A stretch of 64,000 nucleotides of DNA from Phoronis australis (lineage: Eukaryota > Animalia > Phoronida): assembly GCA_002633005.1 (NCBI GenBank), contig NMRA01000135.1:404183-468182 (forward strand). Reading direction: 5' to 3'. Shown in pieces: positions 1-12,800 of the stretch (position 1 is its first letter; every line of letters begins with the position of its first letter). The notes beneath the pieces were generated by a model. It saw only the letters and a program-made list of their open reading frames with translations. It made no database searches and had not been told where the DNA came from. Made by a program: the position numbers and the translations under genes.

Positions 1-362
1 ACACAAGTAAAGGCAATCAAATGTCATGTTAACTGAACATCAGTCCATACCTCATATTTGAGTCTAAAAACTTATTCCCTTGAAAAGATTCTTGCAGCCG
101 TTTTCTTATAACACAAGTTTTACTAATAATACTGACACCTACAGTGTGAAGCGCTTTTGACACAAGTAAAGGCAATCAAATGTCATGTTAACTGAACATC
201 AGTCCATACCTCATATTTGAGTCTAAAAACTTATTCCCTTGAAAAGATTCTTGCAGCCGTTTTCTTATAACACAAGTTTTACAAATAATACTGACACCTA
301 CAGTGTGAAGCGCTTTTGACAGTGATATACAAATAATACTGACACCTACAGTGTGAAGCGCT
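1..362. repeat. Tandem duplication (~160-bp unit x2, then shorter partial copies)
   Basis: ACACAAGTAAAGGCAATCAAATGTCATG recurs at 1 and ~160; AATAATACTGACACCTACAGTGTGAAGCGCTTT occurs three times. Confidence 0.85.
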
Positions 363-810
363 TTAGACACACAGTGACAAACAAAAACAATGAATCAACT
401 GAACTCAAAATTTACGACACTAAGGACAAATGGAAGTTCCATCAGTAGAAACAAACACAAAGGATTTATCCTTTTATTTTGATACATACGTTTTGGATTC
501 ACGATAAAATCTCACCAATTTCGGACACAATGGCAGACAAGAAACGTTTTGTTTTCACTTCTTCATAAGATACAAGTAATATATACTTTGTCATTTTCAA
601 GTTCTATATCTTAGCAGTTCTATATCTTAGCTACAAGCAGACACTGTTTTGTGGGCATTCGCAACAATATTAGAAAAGTTTTTTAAAACGAAAAACAATC
701 CAACTGGTTAGACTTCAATATTGCATAATGTGCTGCGTTAACTAAATAAAGTGATCATGTGGACTGAAAACTCTTCAAAGCTCCAGTCAGTGATGACAAC
801 TTATAATAAC

Positions 811-3800
811 CTGTTCTTTTAGAGAGTCCTCTTTCTGCTTCAGTTCTTCTTCCAGAGCTATTTTCATTTTCTCCTCAAATTCTCGTCGCTCTTTATCTAA
901 CCGTTCCTGTAATAAAACGGAGTTGGTACAGTCAAACAGCCTAGGGGTCTGTTGCTATAGAAACTGACTTGTCTTAACTTCCAAACATTGAAACAAAACT
1001 TACATCAAAAACTTAAGTTAATAAGTATCAGTCCACGGATCCACCAACAACAGTATACAGCCCGATTGCCCGTGTACATGTAGATTTTGCGTCGGGCAAG
1101 TGGAATTTGAAAAGTACTTGCCCGATGGGCAAGTTAAAAAGCTAGCTGCATAGGCAAGTAGATCCTAAGATTGTCTGCTCGACATTTGCTCCAAAGTAAC
1201 GAACCCCGACACAAGCCTAAAAACCGTCGAAAAAGCCCCTGTGGCCGTCAAAGAAACTCCCGTCTTTGAATGAGCACCGAAAGGAAAATAGAACGAGTGT
1301 GATGCAATGTGCACAGATGACGCTCGCGGTCAAATCGTTTCGATTCTCTGAACGTGCCTGCAGTTTCTGTATAAGTTGTCACGTGATACTACTGATCGTC
1401 TGCACTCTGGCAAAACGTCTAAACATGGCCTGGACGGCATTGGTTTAGTTGCTAAAAAACGAGTTCAGGAAGAATCAAAGCAATATTAGGAAACGACAAG
1501 TGCGGGGATGGGTTCCGTCATGGGAAATTAGGTTTTCTGACCTGTGAGACAGTGAACAAGGGATGACGTTTGATTTTTGCCGGCGTTTACCTATGTACAG
1601 CTGGAAGCACCGCGTTCGTCAGCGGATGTAAGTCATGCAGATAAGCGCAAAAGCTAAAAAGTGAATGATTGACGACATATTTTCTACACTACACAGCAGT
1701 TCAAAAGGCCTGGTGTTTATTCAGGGGGAATTCCAAAGGACATTCTTATGAATTCCCGGCTCCCGGTGGCGACTCCCGAAAGAAGAGGAATACGGTCTTC
1801 GGGATTGCCGCTCTGAAGTCTGAAGGGTGACTTTTTCGCGGTCTATCTATTTTTCAAAAATGTAATTATTTATTCAAAATAAAAATATATGTGGCATTAT
1901 TATGTGTTAAAATTTTGATTTTAATTTAATACAAGCTACCGATGACCAAAAATGTGCAAGATTTTTACGGATAGCAAAAAATGAAATTCAGGTTAGCAAC
2001 AACTCAAGTTTAATGCATGAGGCCATGAGGGCGTATCAACTAATGAATACACAGAAGTGTCCAGAGTTCATGCCCTAGCTCATTTCGGCGCCTGTGAACG
2101 TGTGACAGTGGTTCAGATACCATAGTTACTCTTCTAATTTGTCTCTCTAGTGTTTTGACACAACTTATAAATAAATGTTCTATAAGAATCGTTAAAAAAA
2201 TAGTAACTCATGTATATAGCGTGCACAACACAAGCGGAGGCTCAGCACAGGCACCCCTACGGTAACACATTACCTAGGTGTGCACATGCACAGTGCTATT
2301 TGGGATTGTACTTGGGACAAGTGAATTCGTTGTTCGGGCAAGTAAAAATTTCAACTTAAAAAGTTAATGTTGAGCCCTGGTATACAGCCTACAAACGGCA
2401 AGGTGGGGGGTCAGCCATTCAGAACCAAGTTTAGTCTAATAAATCACATTAGGGATGAGAGAAATTTGGTGAAGTATGACACCACAAAGTTTGGTGGTTT
2501 AAGATATACTAGGGTAGTCTTCTAGGAGGCAAAATGAGGCAATTTCTTGATGCGGAATGGATCACTTTTGACTACATTTTCTACTACAGTTTCTGCTTCA
2601 AACAGAATCATTTCTGAATAATTTTGATATCACATGATAGGTTCATGACCAATGTAAGCAAAAATGGCACCGACACTAAAATATCGGTTACCATGGAAAC
2701 ACTGGAGCTGTTTCCGTGGAGATACATTTCATGCTTGCGAAAAACCAGCAGTATAATATACCCTTATAGTGAAGCTGTCCCCACGAGAAAACTGAAAATA
2801 ATGAGATGGGCATGTAGAAGACTCTATGCCCTTGAAATTAATACAAAAAACCTTTGTCAGCCCTTCATGCCGGCTTGATAATAGAAGCCTATTTTCAGCC
2901 CACACATCTGTGTATTTGTCATGTGAAACCAGTCACTAGTTGTGCGCCATTTGTACGCATTAAAATGCCGTGGTATAATACTACAATTAACAGAATTGGC
3001 TTGCTTAAATGTTTTTAATTTATTTTAAGGACGCAAGCAGTTCCCACTACAATATGGAATTATACTAGATTTGTTCATCTAACTCATTGAATACCAAATT
3101 AAAGCATACAATATGCGGTAGTTGAATGATGGCTGCAGGTTTTCGAATCTGAAAATTGAGTATTTTACAAATTGCCTAGAGAACAACTTTGAAAACTCTT
3201 GGGAAATGCACAAGGAACTTAGGGAGACATTTCAGAACCGTAGAAAAGTGACGGGAGATGATATGAAGGAGGTGGAACGTGTCCTCCCGAGTTGTCTATC
3301 TGCCTCGCAGAGGTGCAGCAGGAGCTAGACAATCTAACGTAGTAGATTAACTTGCATCGATAGGACCCTAGACATGTATTGGCGTTGCCAAAGACACTAA
3401 GCACATCCACTCCTCACAAAAGGTAAAATCCGACAGAGGTCTGAAAAATGACCAGACGTAAAATCAAGGTTCAACGTCCTGCTTCGCCTGTGTGAGCTCA
3501 AGTAGGAATCACCAAACTCCAGGGTCTGACCCTGAGGAATATTTTTAGGAGCACGTCAATCATGCATGAATACTTTTATTGACGCACCATAATAGCATAG
3601 AACTTGGGCCTGATTGCTTAATCATATCTTATTTCAAATGTCATGAAATATATGCAGTGTATTGTTACACAACGACTACATGACTGCAGAGGTGAACAAC
3701 TGAACAAAATGAATGGCATGCCAACAGTGTTAGCAATATCCTGGTTAATATGTTTGGTTAAGTTCATCACTTTTGTTACAGGCGTAGGACTGCAACAGGT

Positions 3801-6800
3801 ACCCGATATCACAGAACTGTTGTCTTGCGCTGTTATTCGCGGTTGTGGTCCTTGAATATTTCTCTTTGGTTCCAATAACTTTTAATGATAACCACCAAAT
3901 GTATTTAAACATTTTACATGACTTTAAGGTTATAAAAACCAGGATGGTAGTGAACTAGGGTGGGGACATCTTGTACGGTTGCATCGGGGATTTCAGACGG
4001 TCTTGCTAGAAATGGCTTAGCAAATACATAGTATCCAGTGGCTGCTACTCAAGCACACTAGAGTAACCACCTCTATTGAGGCTCTGTTGTTTTCATTTTG
4101 GTTGATCCCTATAGCCTATGACTGTGAACATGCTGCCCCCCTAAAATTCTCCCAGATACCATTTGGCAGTTTGGGGTGCGAATTGCTGACTATAGCATAT
4201 GCGCGCACCAAGGGTGGCTCAGGAGTGAATGCAAAAGGCATAGGCCTTGAACAAACTCTGTTTACTTTTTTTAGAAATAAGGTCAACAAACCCAAAAATT
4301 CAAGACCACTGGATCCTTACATTTTAGGCTGGGCGCGCGCATGTGGCGAAATTCTGGTTATTCCTGTGCCCTGGCCCCGCCTAATGCAAAATCCTGGATC
4401 CGCCCCTGGCTTCAGTCTGAACAAAATTCTTACCATTTGAGTCTGAAATATTTACGACGTAGATTAACTGTTGGCGATAGAAGAGCTGCACTCGGCTAGC
4501 TACGGGCATGGAACATTGGGCCTGAGGAACATCGAGGGGGGGAAATATCGGAACAGACAATTTTGGGAATATTGGAACGGAGGAATATCGTAAAGCACTG
4601 GGTCTTTTATAACAGCTTAAAAGAACACAGTTCCGCCGGTATATTCTTTAAGTTAGGACTGTCGCTGTTCTCTTTTGGTGTGCACGCACGTAAGTTCCCA
4701 CACTCTGGAGTACATGTTACATTGACATCAAGATATGTGACAGGTGACTACTACAGACATGCATACTGAATCTCGCCGCTGTCTTTTGTCATAAAAAACA
4801 AGACGCATATTGAAAGAGGCCGTTATATTACATGACGGCATTTCCAAGTCCCGATTGTCAGTAGGGGACATTGTGCATAAACAGCGGGACCGGCCAGTGC
4901 CGCTGTGCGATATTGCAGATGATAGTATAATAGTATACAGTGGCAAATTTGGGGAGGGCAAGGCATGCGCGCTCCCAGCCTTTAATATGGGGGAGCTCGA
5001 ATTTCTGGCGATGTGGACCTTTTGCTGACAAAAATGCGGAAGGACTAAAAAAAAAAAACGGGGTACCACCTTCACTGTGCATTTGAGCCTTTTCAGTGGA
5101 CTTTTGTCTCGTTTTCTCTGACTTTTTGTTTCTCAGAGGCGGGTCTTTTTGCCCACTTCGCCAAATGGGGGGGCTCGTTCGAGCTCCCAAGCCCCCCTGG
5201 GTGCGTGCATGCAAGGGGGCCATGCCCCCCCCCCCCTAAAATTCTCCCAGATAACATTTGGCTTTGAACAAACCCTGTTTACCGTTTTTCTTAGTAATAA
5301 GGTCTGCAAACCCAAAAATTCGAGACCCCTGCATCCCTACATTTTAGGCTGGACTGTCATGACATTTTTACCATCATTTGGCGACGTGACGATAAAGCTC
5401 TTTGAAAAGTGTTACGCATTCTGAGTATGTGTGTCGTGTGGAGACTCGGATCACGAGGTAAGATTAACCGCCCCGGGCGGTTGTCTGTCGTAATAAGTGC
5501 CCATGTTCGGTTAACCGCCCACCCACGATTTCTGGAAATTTCACGTTTAAGCGCCCATGTCTGGTTTACCGCCCATCCCCGAATTTTTGGGCTCCCCAAT
5601 TTAACCGCCCAGGGCGTTAACCCGAATGTTAACGTAAACGTGGATTTCGATTTAACCGCGCACTGCTCGGTTAACCACCCCTCTGTGATTTTTAAGATTT
5701 CCAGTTTAGCGCCCACCTCTCGGTTAAACGCCCATCCCCGACTTTTGAAGATTGGTAATAATGCGCCCAGTGCAAAGGAAACGCGAGATTACCCAATTTT
5801 AGATAAAAATCGGTGATAACAAAGAATGCAACGACAGCATCGGAGACGGTGGTTTGACAATGTGAATTATAATACAAGTAATAAATTATTGTCCCGGGTC
5901 ATGCATTTGCTTCAAAATGCAATACCTTGAACGCTTTGTCACTTTATTTTCTTCCCATGTTCGCAAAACTAAGAACACCGCTGGCTTCGATACCTAGGAT
6001 CATCGATGCCGTCTGCCAAGCTAAGTTTCCGTGTGCAGTGCACTAGATAACATATATTCGAAAAAATAAAGCCAGAGAAACGCGAGAGTGGTCTTGCCAA
6101 CACTCCTAATTCGCTTTCGGTGAGTTCTCGGATTTTGAAGAATTCCCTATACCGGTACTTTGTGAATATTGTTTCCACCTACCTTTTAAGCCCTCCCGAA
6201 TAATTTTGTTTCCTTATTGACTAGTTTCAGCCGGAACAAAATCCTTCCCATTCGAGTCTGAAATATCTATGACTGACTGAAAATTGGCAACAGTGGGGAG
6301 GGGGTAACCCCTGGGGCCTAAGGAACTTCGAGCCGCAAATTATCAGAACTGAGACATCGCGTCGCAGTTTTGGGGTTTTTTTAAATAGCAAGAGGCCCAA
6401 GTTCAGTGTCAAACAAACACCCGGTCAGCTTAAACCTACACTCAAGCCGCTATACTCTTATTCTTAGTACTGTCGCTGTTCTCTTTTGAAGTGTGACTTT
6501 GGTGTGCGTGCGAATTCTCCCACCCTCTGGAGTGCAAGTTACCTCGACTGCATATGTGAGAGACAGGTTACTCACATGCGCGTGCTCAATCCCGGAAAGA
6601 AGGTCTTAAGAATTCGTTTGCCACTATCTTGCCATAAAAAAACGAGACGCAAATTGAAACAGGCCGTTATATTACTTGCCGCCATTTCCAAGTCGCCATC
6701 GTTTGTGAGGACATTGCGCACAAACAGCGGGACCGAACAGTGTCGCAGTAGGATATTGTAGGTAATATTATAATAGGATAATCTGGATGTCTTGCATGTA

Positions 6801-9800
6801 AAATAAAAATGTGTTTTTCCACCACAAAATTTGGTAAGTTGATCGTTTAACAATAAATACAAGCATCGCTGTTTTGTGACATTTTATCACATATGTATGC
6901 CGTGGTCCATATATTGGAAATTCCAGGTTGCATGTTACGACTAAATACAAGATGACTAAAATCTCGGCTCACACTTTCAAAATTCAGGTCACCAATGCGA
7001 CCTGCAGCTCATTATGCCTAGCGCCGAGTCCCATTTGCAACAACACCGACTCAGTAAGGACGCTTTGCTCATTGTAACTCGCCAGTAATTTAGTCGTATA
7101 ACAAACCACTGGTGTCAGTTACCCGAATAATGGGAGCTTCGTCTTCGAATTATTTTTACCGACGCAGGTACTTGTATGAACTACTTCTTTCTCAGACTCC
7201 ACTGTGCGGGTTCATTAGACTCACCCCATTTATGGTGTTAGTATTTTTTAAAATTAAAATCTTAAGTACTTGTTTTTGAGTAATGCCTTTGCGGTAACTT
7301 TTGATTGACGACTGGCTTATGTCTGCCTACCTCTGCCGGGCGGTCAAAATAAAAGGGCCGCAGAGCCTTATGTGAAAATGTCATTGAATCACAGAGTCTC
7401 GAACATAGACATCCCAAACACACAAAAAAAAACACCTGAATTACTTTTTCAAATAATTTAAAACTGCTCTCTAACTCAGAACTTGACAACTATCATGTGA
7501 CTTTGCTGTGACCAATGCAGCACGTGAAGCTTGCACGCGCGCACTTTGCACTGTCATCACGTCAGTGAGGATAGGTGCAATCCAAGTGGAGCGCTGCATA
7601 GTCAGTGGTCGTCTGCACTCTCTACAGGTACAGCTCTAACAAGACTGCAGGACGGCACAGGCTATTACTCAGCAATTTTGTAAATTTAACTGAAATGATT
7701 AATCTGACGGCAACAGAACCTTTGTTGGAATCATCCGCTGTTATGACATTTTTACCGTCATTTGATTTGGCAACGTGGTGATAAAGCTCAGAAAAGAGCT
7801 ATGGGTTCCAACTACGTGTTGGACTGGGATCATGAGGTAAGATTAACCGCCCACCCCGGTTGTCTGTCATAATAAGCGCCCATGTTCGGTTAACCACCCA
7901 CCTGCGATTTCTTTAAATTTCATGTTTAAGCGCCCATATATGGTTAATCGGCCACCCCCAATTTTTGGGGTTCGCCAATTTAACCGCCCAGGGCGTTAAC
8001 TCGAACGTTTACGGTAGTATTCCATATGTAACATAGATTTATTTACTAGATACAAAATTACAGCATACGTTTATTTGCAGCAAAAACAAGATGACCATGA
8101 AATCACTCAACTGCAAAGTGTAACTGGGATGAAATCGCATCCTCTTATTAAGCTGCTTTTCGATGACCAACATATCAGTGGAGAAATTGTGCACAGCAAT
8201 GACCTACCACTAGACTTAACGGATAGCTTTCAGTCACTATTTATTGTCTCATTAAAATATCAGTGTTACAACTGCAACTACAAAGGTTACACACAACGCA
8301 GCGCAGCGAAGCTGGTAATAGCATCCTCATAAATTTGTACATGGATGGTTGTCTTGCATGACACGTCTATATTTGTACAATGCGGGGTCATTGTCTCACA
8401 CGATGCGTCTATTCGATTCCTTCACAGCAAATGCAGCTTGCTCACAGTCGACAATGTGTGACTGCTGACAGTCTGCGAGTGACGTCTGCGTACCACTGGG
8501 TCAGTGAACTCATGACATGGCGGTCGTGCATCAGGACATACCATGTCCATGTAATTTTGGCTTCTTGCAAGCACTTTACGACGATCAACCACGCAGTCGT
8601 AGTGACCACTGCTATGCCAGGCAATGACACAGGCTGGCCTTGAGATGTCAATGTTTCCATAGTAATGTACAGTTGTCGATACCGTAGGATTATCAGACGC
8701 TCCTCCCAGCGCAATAAAAATGTTGACGCGTAATAGTTTTGACAGCGCCATGATGCTTTCATAACCGCCCCATTCGCCGTCTTTCCTCAGTTGTCTCAGC
8801 TGCTGAACTATCCAATCATTTGTCTTCACATCGGCGCAATCCGATGGTACTTCAAAGAAAACACGAAAGTCTGAAAGATGGCGCTCTATGTAATCCATAG
8901 TTTGCTTTCGCAGGTTGAAATGTTCTTCTTGAGTTCCATATATGGAGTAGGACACAGCCCGAAATAAGCAGTTACCATCTGGGATGACTTGATAGCGACG
9001 TAAATTGAACTTTGCAAGATATGCATCCTGCACTTCATATTCATTCAGTCGTGGCTCACTTGATCCACTGGAGCTATTGGTGCCACCATGGTTGTTATTG
9101 TCGTTCTCTTCGATAAAATCGCTGTGGTAACTGCTGCTACGGTGAAGACTGTCTCCAGACCTGAACACATGTCTACTACACTTGCTACATACCCCTGGCT
9201 ATCCATAAAACAAAAAATGGAGTTTGTACAATGAACTTAGACTTGTCATACATTCCACCATCCCACAGGAAACTAGGGCACAAGCTCGTCGCATAGATAT
9301 CAGTAGATAGGCGTACCTATTGCTCACTTTGTTTTTCATCTTTTTTATAATAAAGATGATGGTAAGAATTTATCGGTAACCAGCTGATGGGCGCCCAAGG
9401 TAGGATATCCGTGCGACCTGTATTGTTATATCCAACAAAGACGCAACAAAGGAAAAGAATGGTAGCGTCTCAAAGGCGATAACCATGCGACGCGCTTACA
9501 CACGTCACATTAAACAATATTTTGCGAAACCCATACGATGCCATTTGGCATGGGATAGTTGGATTCTAATTAATGCAATATGAGATACAATCTCATTAAA
9601 AATTGTCTGTTATTGTAAGGTTAATAAGAATCAAGCTTTACATAATAATCTATGCGGAATGTTGTAAAATTGCTTTGTATTTGAACTGGATTTCTCCAAA
9701 AGTACTAAAGCATGCTTGGTGTTAGACGTTACTATGGATTTCTGATGAAAAGACAAGTCATATAATTCAATACTTATCTACATTGTCCATGGTATTTAAT

Positions 9801-12800
9801 TTTAATTGTTATGACACAAGAATAATTTCTATTCACTATGCACAGGATTACCATTTGGAATGACCAGTGACAAAAGAGGAAAATTTTCGAGGTGATGACT
9901 TGTTCCACAAATAGACTTGTTTTTTGTGTTGTAAATTTATCTAAAGTCAAAATAATGATAAAAAGAGATGAAAAAAGAGGAAAATGGGAATAAAATAAGA
10001 GGAAATCAAAACCAACAAGAGCAACGTGGAGTGTTGAAATGCACCCACGAATGCACCGCAAACAGAGTGCTTCTAGGGTTGTTTGTTTCATAAAATTAGC
10101 CACTAGATGGCGAAAAAACGTCCAATCCATCTGAACATGGGAACATGCCATAGCTTTTTTAATAGAAACCTATTTACCAAATTTCATAAAAATCTGTCAA
10201 GGAACTTCAGAGAAACAAAGGAAAACAAAAAAATTGAAATTGCCACTATGGGGCACAGCGTTCATTGGATCCGCCTGAAAGACTTTGTCATCTGTTGTTA
10301 GCTTCATATCAATTACCAAATTTAAAAAAGATCCTGCAGTGAGTTTAGGAGATGCAATTATGGGCACAAACCAAAACAAAACTACCACTAGGAGGCACCA
10401 CAGTAGTTGAATTCGTTATCGTCAACCGTCCTCTTCACACTGAGTGCATATACGCCAATTTTCAAAGTCATCCATAGAATGGTTTGGTTGATTGAGGGGA
10501 CACCAAAAAACAAGACTCGAAAACAGGAAAAATGTCCACTAGGTGGCGCAAAGTAAATCGATTCCATCCGAAAGTGGGAGGATAGCATCACTACATACCA
10601 CAACTTTGATAATCCATTGAGGACCTTTGAAGATACAGAGCTAAGCCTAAAAAATTAAAATTGCCACTAGGGGGCACACTGGTAGTCAGATCTGTCCGAA
10701 AGTTGTTGTCATCTGTTGTCAACATCATATAAATACACTTGCTAAGTTTAGCAAAGAAGCTGCAAACGGTTTAGGAGATACAGCCATGGGCGCAAAAACC
10801 AAAACTGCCACTAGGAGGCACCACAGTAGTCGAAGTCGTCAGAAAATCATCGTCAACTTCGTAGTAAGAACATACATACCAATTTTCANAACCAAAACAA
10901 AACTACCACTAGGAGGCACCACAGTAGTTGAATTCGTTATCGTCAACCGTCCTCTTCACACTGAGTGCATATACACCAATTTTCAAAGTCATCCTTAGAA
11001 TGGTTTGGTTGATAGAGGGGACACCAAAAAACAAGACTCGAAAACAGGAAAAATGTCCACTAGGTGGCGCAAAGTAAATCGATTCCATCCGAAAGTGGGA
11101 GGATAGCATCACTACATACCAAAACTTTGATAATCCATTGAGGACCTTTGAAGATACAGAGGTAAGCCTAAAAAATTAAAATTGCCACTAGGGGGCACAC
11201 TGGTAGTCAGATCTGTCCGAAAGTTGTCATCTGTTGTCAACATCATATAAATACACTTGCTAAGTTTAGCAAAGAAGCTACAAACGGTTTAGGAGATACA
11301 GCCATGGGCGCAAAAACCAAAACTGCCACTAGGAGGCACCACAGTAGTCGAAGTCGTCAGAAAATCATCGTCAACTTCGTAGTAAGAACATACATACCAA
11401 TTTTCACAATCATCCTTAGAGCAGTCTGGTTGATAGACGGGTGGACGTCAAAACACGTACTAAAAGACAGTAAAAATGGCCACTAGGTGGCGTAAAGTAT
11501 GTCACATCCATACGAAAATGAGAGGATAGCGTCATATCACTAATAGATGCCTATATTCCAAATTTCATGAAAATACGTTGAGGACCTTTGAAGATAGAGG
11601 TAAACGTAAAAAACTAAAATTGCCACTAGGGGGCACACCGGTAGTCAGATCCTTCCGAATGGCGTCGTCTATTGTCAACGTCATATAAATACATTTGTGA
11701 ATTTAGTAAAGATCCTGCCAACGGTTTAGGAGGTGCCACAGTCATCGAAATTGTCAGAAAATCATCGTCAGCCGTCCTCTTCATAGTAAGAACATACATG
11801 CCAATTTCCACAATCATGCTTGGAGCGGTTTGGTTGATACAGGGGTGGACGTCTAAAAACATACTCAAAAACGGAAAACATGGCCACTAGGTGGCGCCAA
11901 TTCTGTCGAATCTATCCGAAAATGGGCGGATAGCGTCATCTTATAATAGATGCCTATATGCCAAATAATATGAAAATATGCTGAAGACCTTTGAAGATAT
12001 AGAGGTAAGCATAAAAAACTAAAATTGCCACTAGGGGGCACACTGGCAGTCGGATCCGTCCGAAAGTTCGCTCAAGCCTTCCCATACATGATAGGATCAT
12101 ATGTGCAAAATTTCATGAACGTATGTCGAAGGGTTTTGAGATAGAGCAACGGATGCCGGACGGAGGGACAGAGATGATGGCAAAATGCGTCCACATACAA
12201 ATATGTGGGCGTGTAAAAAGAGGAAACCTCTCAAAAGTGGAAATTCCGAACCTTGTATACAATGGAGCACCCGATAATTCGAGTTAGTGTCATAAAATGT
12301 CAAACAAACAAATCATTTCACATTCAATCCATAAAAAATAAGTCAAATAATGGCACGATTTATTGTCATATTCTCGGATGTCATTAAAAACCTGCCATTA
12401 AATTGATTCTCATCTGCTTATTAGAATATGCACCTTCGCCTTTCTATCTAAAACCAAGTAGCTCACCTTAAATTCATTTGCCATCAGAACTCAGTGTCGG
12501 GTACAAAATCAGTCGTTTGCTTTTTAGCAATTTAATCTCCACTTAGCATGATCAGCTTAGAAGAGTAGTTACAATAGCAGCCAAGTCAGAACCAATTTAA
12601 TGGAATGTCCCGCTCATTATCATAATTTATGATGTAACCATGTTTAGGACATGAAGCCATCTCCACAATACTCACCTGCTGTTCAGCCAACTCTTTTCTC
12701 ATGATCTCTTCCTTTGTTTTCATTTCCTGTGAAATTTTTTCTTGCATTAGATCTCTCTGTTTCAACTGTTCCTCCATGGCTCGCAACTGTTCCTCTGCCT

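Noticed and set aside
4087-6950. Cluster of 60-135 aa ORFs from the track
   Set aside because: They lie within repeat fragments, overlap on both strands and show no recognisable domain.
9040-9206. ATG-initiated frame MDSQGYVASVVDMCSG... as the OTU start
   Set aside because: It is in a different frame from the OTU domain and ends after ~53 codons. It would need a frameshift or sequencing error that I cannot demonstrate.
10370-11410. Recent ~520-bp perfect duplication inside the HINE-like element
   Set aside because: The junction coincides with a single n at 10889, so an overlapping-contig artefact is likely.
12586-12675. ORF-track C-terminus VSIVEMASCPKHG... as part of RNF8
   Set aside because: It is read-through past the GTGAGT donor at 12675 into the intron.
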